Assembly: GCA_035641315.1 (NCBI GenBank)
Contig: DASQUK010000057.1
Span: 1,268-65,267 of the forward strand
DNA: 64,000 nt
Source of the DNA: Acidimicrobiales bacterium
GTDB lineage: Bacteria; Actinomycetota; Acidimicrobiia; Acidimicrobiales; VFJN01
Direction of reading: 5' to 3'
Under the pieces are notes generated by a model, which did not search any database, was not told where the DNA came from, and saw only the letters and a program-made list of their open reading frames with translations. A program made the position numbers and the translations under genes. Below, one piece after another: positions 60,313 to 64,000 of the stretch. Numbering within the stretch: the first letter of the stretch is position 1; each line of letters starts with the position of its first letter.

Positions 60313-61515
60313 TCACCCGGTGGGACCCCGCATCGGCTCGAGCGTGCAGTCCCAGGCGCCGGAGTCGAGCCGCGGCGGCTCGTCCATGAACTCGATGCGA
60401 CAGTCGATGTCGTTGAGGAGCAGACCGAGGGTGACGGCGGGTTCGAAGTCGGCGCTCTTGGCATCGTCGGGGGTATCGGTCGTGAACGGGCGGAAGGCGA
60501 CGATGCCGTTGAGCGCGGTGGCGCCGATCAGGAGCCACAGGAACGGCCGACGGTTGCGCTCGCTGGCCGCCACCCACAACACCAGGGCCAGGAGGCTGGG
60601 GAGCAGGTGTGCCAGCTTCCACGGCACCACGAAGAACAGGCCCTCGGTGACCACCGCGGCCAGGACCGCGAACCGCACCAGGGGATCGACCCCCCAGCGG
60701 CGCAGCGACCGGACCAGCGCCGGCAGCGCCAGCGCCACGACCACGATCAGCGCCAGGCCGGCGGCGGCGTAGCTCTTGACCCCGAACCGGCCCACGTTGT
60801 TGGCGAAGCTGCGCCAGCCCTCGGTGGCGGTGAGGAATCCGAAGGTGCGGTCGAACGCCAGCCACGACGGGATGAACAGGGCGGCGCCGAGCGGCAGCGC
60901 CACCGCCGCCGTGGTGAGGCAGCGGCGCCGGTGGGCCCGGTCCCAGCCGTCGGCGACGAGGAAGGCGACGACCGCGAGCACCGTGGTGCCGCGGCTCCCG
61001 ATGGCCAGCCCGAACAGGACCCCCGCCAGGAGCGCCCGGTCCCGAAGGTGGGCCAGAGCCGCCCACACGAAGAATGCCAGCGCCCAGACGAAGTCGCCCG
61101 TGGACGTGCCGGCGATGAGCGTGACCGGCGAGGCGAGGAAGGCGAGGGCCACGAGGTCGCCGTTGTCGTGGCCCCACACCCGCACCAGCCGGGCGATCCC
61201 GACGACTGTCAACGCCAGCGCCGCGCCCGTGGCCAAGTTGACGAGGATGTGCCCGCCCACCGGGTCGAGCAGGCCGACGATCGTCTCGACCACGGGCACG
61301 CCGGGGTTGCGGGAGGGGGCGTAGTCGCCGTCGCGGATCCGCTCCCCGGCCAGCAGCACGTCGCCGACGTCGATGTCCGTCCCGTAGCCCAGCCAGAAGA
61401 TGGGCAGGGCGACGACGGCGGTGATGGCCAGCAGGGCTGTGTCCGACAACCCGCCGGGCGCCCCCCGATCGGCGGCCGGCCCGGTGTCGGTGGCGGCGGG
61501 GGCGGCCGAAGACAT
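60313..61515 (-). CDS. Polytopic membrane protein, GT-C-like glycosyltransferase (tentative)
   Basis: About 11 TM segments with an early extracytoplasmic acidic loop (…GYGTDIDVGDVLLAGERIRDGDY…), reminiscent of PMT/ArnT/DUF2029-type enzymes. Start taken at MSSAAPA (61515). Confidence 0.45.
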   Translation of the reverse strand: MSSAAPAATDTGPAADRGAPGGLSDTALLAITAVVALPIFWLGYGTDIDVGDVLLAGERIRDGDYAPSRNPGVPVVETIVGLLDPVGGHILVNLATGAALALTVVGIARLVRVWGHDNGDLVALAFLASPVTLIAGTSTGDFVWALAFFVWAALAHLRDRALLAGVLFGLAIGSRGTTVLAVVAFLVADGWDRAHRRRCLTTAAVALPLGAALFIPSWLAFDRTFGFLTATEGWRSFANNVGRFGVKSYAAAGLALIVVVALALPALVRSLRRWGVDPLVRFAVLAAVVTEGLFFVVPWKLAHLLPSLLALVLWVAASERNRRPFLWLLIGATALNGIVAFRPFTTDTPDDAKSADFEPAVTLGLLLNDIDCRIEFMDEPPRLDSGAWDCTLEPMRGPTG

Positions 61516-61571
61516 CGGCGCGCCAAGGTAGTGGGCGCAACTTGGCCACATGGCTGGTAGCAAGGGGAAGT

Positions 61572-63134
61572 GTGATCGCCGACGAGATCCCCGACCGCCT
61601 CGGACCGCTCACCGACGCCGCCCAGGCGGCCCTTGCCGAGCTGACCGAACGGGACGCCGTCGCCCGCACCTGGGCGCGTGACCACACCCTGTGGCGGGAC
61701 GATCCCACGGAGATCAGCGACCGGCTGGGCTGGCTCACCGTGGTGCCCGACATGGTGGCCGGGCTCGACGACATGCGGGCCACCTGCGCCCGCCTCGCCT
61801 CCGACGTGGACCACGTGCTGCTCGCCGGCATGGGTGGATCCAGCCTGTTCCCCGAGGTCGTCGCCCGCTCGATGCCGCCGGACTCGAGGGCCCCGACGCC
61901 GCACATGCTCGACACCACCGTCCCGGCCGCCATCGCCCGCCTCGGCGCCGAGCTGCCGCCCGAGCGGACGCTGCACATCGCGGCGTCCAAGTCCGGCACC
62001 ACCCTCGAGACCCGCAGCCACCTGGCGTGGGCCTGGGAGCGCCACCCCGACCCGGCGCGGTTCGCCGTCATCACCGACCCCGGCAGCGAGCTCGCCGCGC
62101 TGGCCCAGGAGCGGGGCTTCGCGGCCGTGTTCGAGAACCCGCCCGACATCGGCGGGCGCTACTCGGCCCTGTCGCGGTTCGGGCTGGTGCCGGCGATCCT
62201 GGCCGGGGCCGACGTCGACGGGCTGCTGGCCTCGGCGTCGGGCATCACCGAGTCCCTGCGGACCGCACCCCCCGCCAATCCCGCGGCCCGCATGGCGGCG
62301 ACCATGGCGGCGGCGGTCCGGGAGGGACGCGACAAGCTGACCCTGGTCGTCCCCGACGAGCTGGCGATGTTCGGCCTTTGGCTCGAGCAGCTGCTGGCCG
62401 AGTCGACCGGCAAGGACGGCACCGGCGTCGTCCCGATCGTCGGCGAACCCCTGGGCGACCCGGCGGTGTACGGGGACGACCGGCTGTTCGTGGCCGTGGC
62501 GGAACCTCCCTTGCGGGCCGCCGGCCGGCTCGACGCGCTGGCCGCGGCCGGGCACCCGGTGGTCCTGTTGCCCAGCGGCGCCACCTTCGCCGACCTGGGT
62601 GCCCAGGTGCTCCTGTGGGAGCTGGCTACGGCCCTGGCCGGGGCGCTGCTCGGCATCCACCCGTTCGACCAGCCCGACGTGGCGGCGGCCAAGGCGGCCA
62701 CCGCCCGGGTGCTGGCCGAGGGTCCGCCCGACCTCCCGCTCACGCCACTGGACGAGCTGCTGGACCGGGTCGAGGTGGGCGACTACCTCGCCATTCAGGC
62801 GTTCGTCGACCCCGGGAGCCCGGCGGTCGCCGACATCGAGGCCGCCCGTGTGGCCCTGCGCGATCGCCTGCGGGTGGCCACCACCGTCGGGCTCGGGCCC
62901 CGGTTCCTGCACTCCACCGGCCAGCTCCACAAGGGCGGGCCCGACACGGGCGTGTTCGTGCAGGTGGTGGGCGAAGCCGCCGACGGCGCCGGCGACGTCC
63001 CGATTCCCGGCGAGGCCTACGGGTTCGGTGCGCTCGAGCACGCCCAGGCCGACGGTGACCTGGTGACGCTGAGGGAGCGCAAGCGCCGGGCGGGGCGTGT
63101 CCGGCTGGACGAGCTCTCGGAGGTCGTTCCGTGA
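61572..63134 (+). CDS. pgi: Glucose-6-phosphate isomerase
   Basis: …LLAGMGGSSLFPEV…, …AASKSGTTLET… and …GGRYSALS…. The GTG at 61572 is preceded by AAGGGGAAG. Confidence 0.88.
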   Translation: MIADEIPDRLGPLTDAAQAALAELTERDAVARTWARDHTLWRDDPTEISDRLGWLTVVPDMVAGLDDMRATCARLASDVDHVLLAGMGGSSLFPEVVARSMPPDSRAPTPHMLDTTVPAAIARLGAELPPERTLHIAASKSGTTLETRSHLAWAWERHPDPARFAVITDPGSELAALAQERGFAAVFENPPDIGGRYSALSRFGLVPAILAGADVDGLLASASGITESLRTAPPANPAARMAATMAAAVREGRDKLTLVVPDELAMFGLWLEQLLAESTGKDGTGVVPIVGEPLGDPAVYGDDRLFVAVAEPPLRAAGRLDALAAAGHPVVLLPSGATFADLGAQVLLWELATALAGALLGIHPFDQPDVAAAKAATARVLAEGPPDLPLTPLDELLDRVEVGDYLAIQAFVDPGSPAVADIEAARVALRDRLRVATTVGLGPRFLHSTGQLHKGGPDTGVFVQVVGEAADGAGDVPIPGEAYGFGALEHAQADGDLVTLRERKRRAGRVRLDELSEVVP

Positions 63135-64000
63135 AGATCGGGATGGTGGGGCTCGGCAAGATGGGCGGCAACATGGCCGCCCGCATCCAGGCCGCCGGGC
63201 ACGAGGTGGTGGGGTACGACGCCTTCAGTGACGCCTCCGAGGTGTCGTCGCTGGCCGAGCTGGTCGAGCGGCTCGACGCGCCCCGAGTGGTGTGGGTCAT
63301 GGTCCCGGCCGGCGACCCCACCGAGGGCGTCGTCACCGAGCTGGCGGGCCTCCTGCAGCCCGGCGACGTCGTGATCGAGGGCGGCAACTCCCACTGGCAC
63401 GACTCCGTCCGCCGCGGCAAGGAGCTCGGCGGGCGGGGCATCGGCTTCGTCGACGCCGGCACCAGCGGCGGCGTGTGGGGCCGCGCCGAGGGCTACTGCC
63501 TGATGGTCGGGGGCAGTCCGGAGCACGTGGCGGTGGCGCAGCCCATCTTCGACGCCCTGAAGCCGCCCGACGGTGGGTTTGTGCACACCGGCGGCGTCGG
63601 GACCGGGCACTTCACCAAGATGGTCCACAACGGCATTGAGTACGGGCTCATGCAGGCGTACGCCGAGGGCTACGAGCTGCTCGACCGGTCCGGGCTCGAC
63701 ATCGACGTCCTGGGCGCGCTCGACGCCTGGCGGGAGGGGTCGGTGGTGCGGTCGTGGCTGCTCGACCTGCTGGTGCGGGCGCTGCGGCAGACGCCGGATC
63801 TCAAAGGCATCGCCGGTGTCGCGCAGGACTCCGGCGAGGGGCGCTGGACCGTGCAGGAGGCCATCGAACGGGGCGTCGCCACCCCGGTCATCAGCGCCGC
63901 GCTGTTCGCCCGCTTCGTCTCCCAGGAGGAGGATTCGATCGCCATGAAGACCATCGCCGCCCTGCGCAACCAGTTCGGCGGCCACGCGGTGCTGGCCGAG
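63131..64000 (+). CDS. gnd: 6-phosphogluconate dehydrogenase, decarboxylating (short Gnd/YqeC-like form), 3' end beyond window
   Basis: My own translation from the GTG at 63131 (which overlaps the pgi stop, GTGA) gives VKIGMVGLGKMGGNMAARI…GGNSHWHDS…DAGTSGGVWG…GHFTKMVHNGIEYGLMQAYAEG…. It is not in the ORF track because it is open at the window edge. Confidence 0.88.
   Translation, partial: MKIGMVGLGKMGGNMAARIQAAGHEVVGYDAFSDASEVSSLAELVERLDAPRVVWVMVPAGDPTEGVVTELAGLLQPGDVVIEGGNSHWHDSVRRGKELGGRGIGFVDAGTSGGVWGRAEGYCLMVGGSPEHVAVAQPIFDALKPPDGGFVHTGGVGTGHFTKMVHNGIEYGLMQAYAEGYELLDRSGLDIDVLGALDAWREGSVVRSWLLDLLVRALRQTPDLKGIAGVAQDSGEGRWTVQEAIERGVATPVISAALFARFVSQEEDSIAMKTIAALRNQFGGHAVLAE

Noticed and set aside
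60308-63041. 613-aa and 610-aa minus-strand ORFs overlapping the membrane GT-like gene and pgi
   Set aside because: One is an alternative frame of the membrane protein gene and the other is antisense to pgi. Both products are Arg/Gly/Pro-rich without motifs.

Overview
This is a high-GC (roughly 70%) actinobacterial chromosomal window. mshA, whiB7-like, rex and proC/Rv0500A-type synteny place it in Actinobacteria, and the Bacillus-type ctaF/ctaG suggest an Acidimicrobiia-like lineage, though that is inference only. I found no transposase, integrase, CRISPR array or rRNA. Contents in order:
- three tRNAs (Phe, Asp, Glu), DUF2017-clpS, and a large respiratory locus (ctaA, ctaB, ctaC-D-E-F-G)
- an ABC-2 exporter, lysE, serS, an MMPL/RND transporter, an opuC-like osmoprotectant ABC system and pdxH
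- resA-ccdA, a whiB7-like gene with a long leader, an MBL hydrolase, orn, dut and a LigD-type ligase
- two cytoplasmic S1C-PDZ proteases divergent from an HxlR regulator, tRNA-Lys, a dksA-like gene, sod, mshA-ybjN and proC-HTH
- a rex-sirC-hemA-hemC-cobA/hemD operon, a liv-type ABC plus acyl-CoA ligase operon, hemB-hemL, tetR, a membrane glycosyltransferase-like gene, pgi and gnd (partial)

Main findings:
1. Three genes sit between ctaB and ctaC and are translationally coupled to ctaC. They encode a heme-copper oxidase subunit I paralog that has lost all six canonical His metal ligands, a subunit III-like protein and a subunit IV-like membrane protein, that is, a cofactor-less pseudo-oxidase module.
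2. A dispersed GC-rich REP-like repeat family has at least 9 loci in the window. Its small hairpin shows compensatory base changes between copies, and some copies lie in frame inside coding sequences (ccdA loop, rex 3' end).
3. An ~85-nt leader including RBS and ATG is duplicated in front of two consecutive genes, and one copy carries a nested palindromic insertion.
4. The whiB7-like gene has an AT-rich/-35 element, an upstream ORF and an intrinsic terminator, an arrangement suggestive of attenuation.
5. A Rex-operator-like site lies upstream of rex-hem.

Many long ORFs in the track are antisense or mirror-frame artefacts of the high GC content and were rejected.
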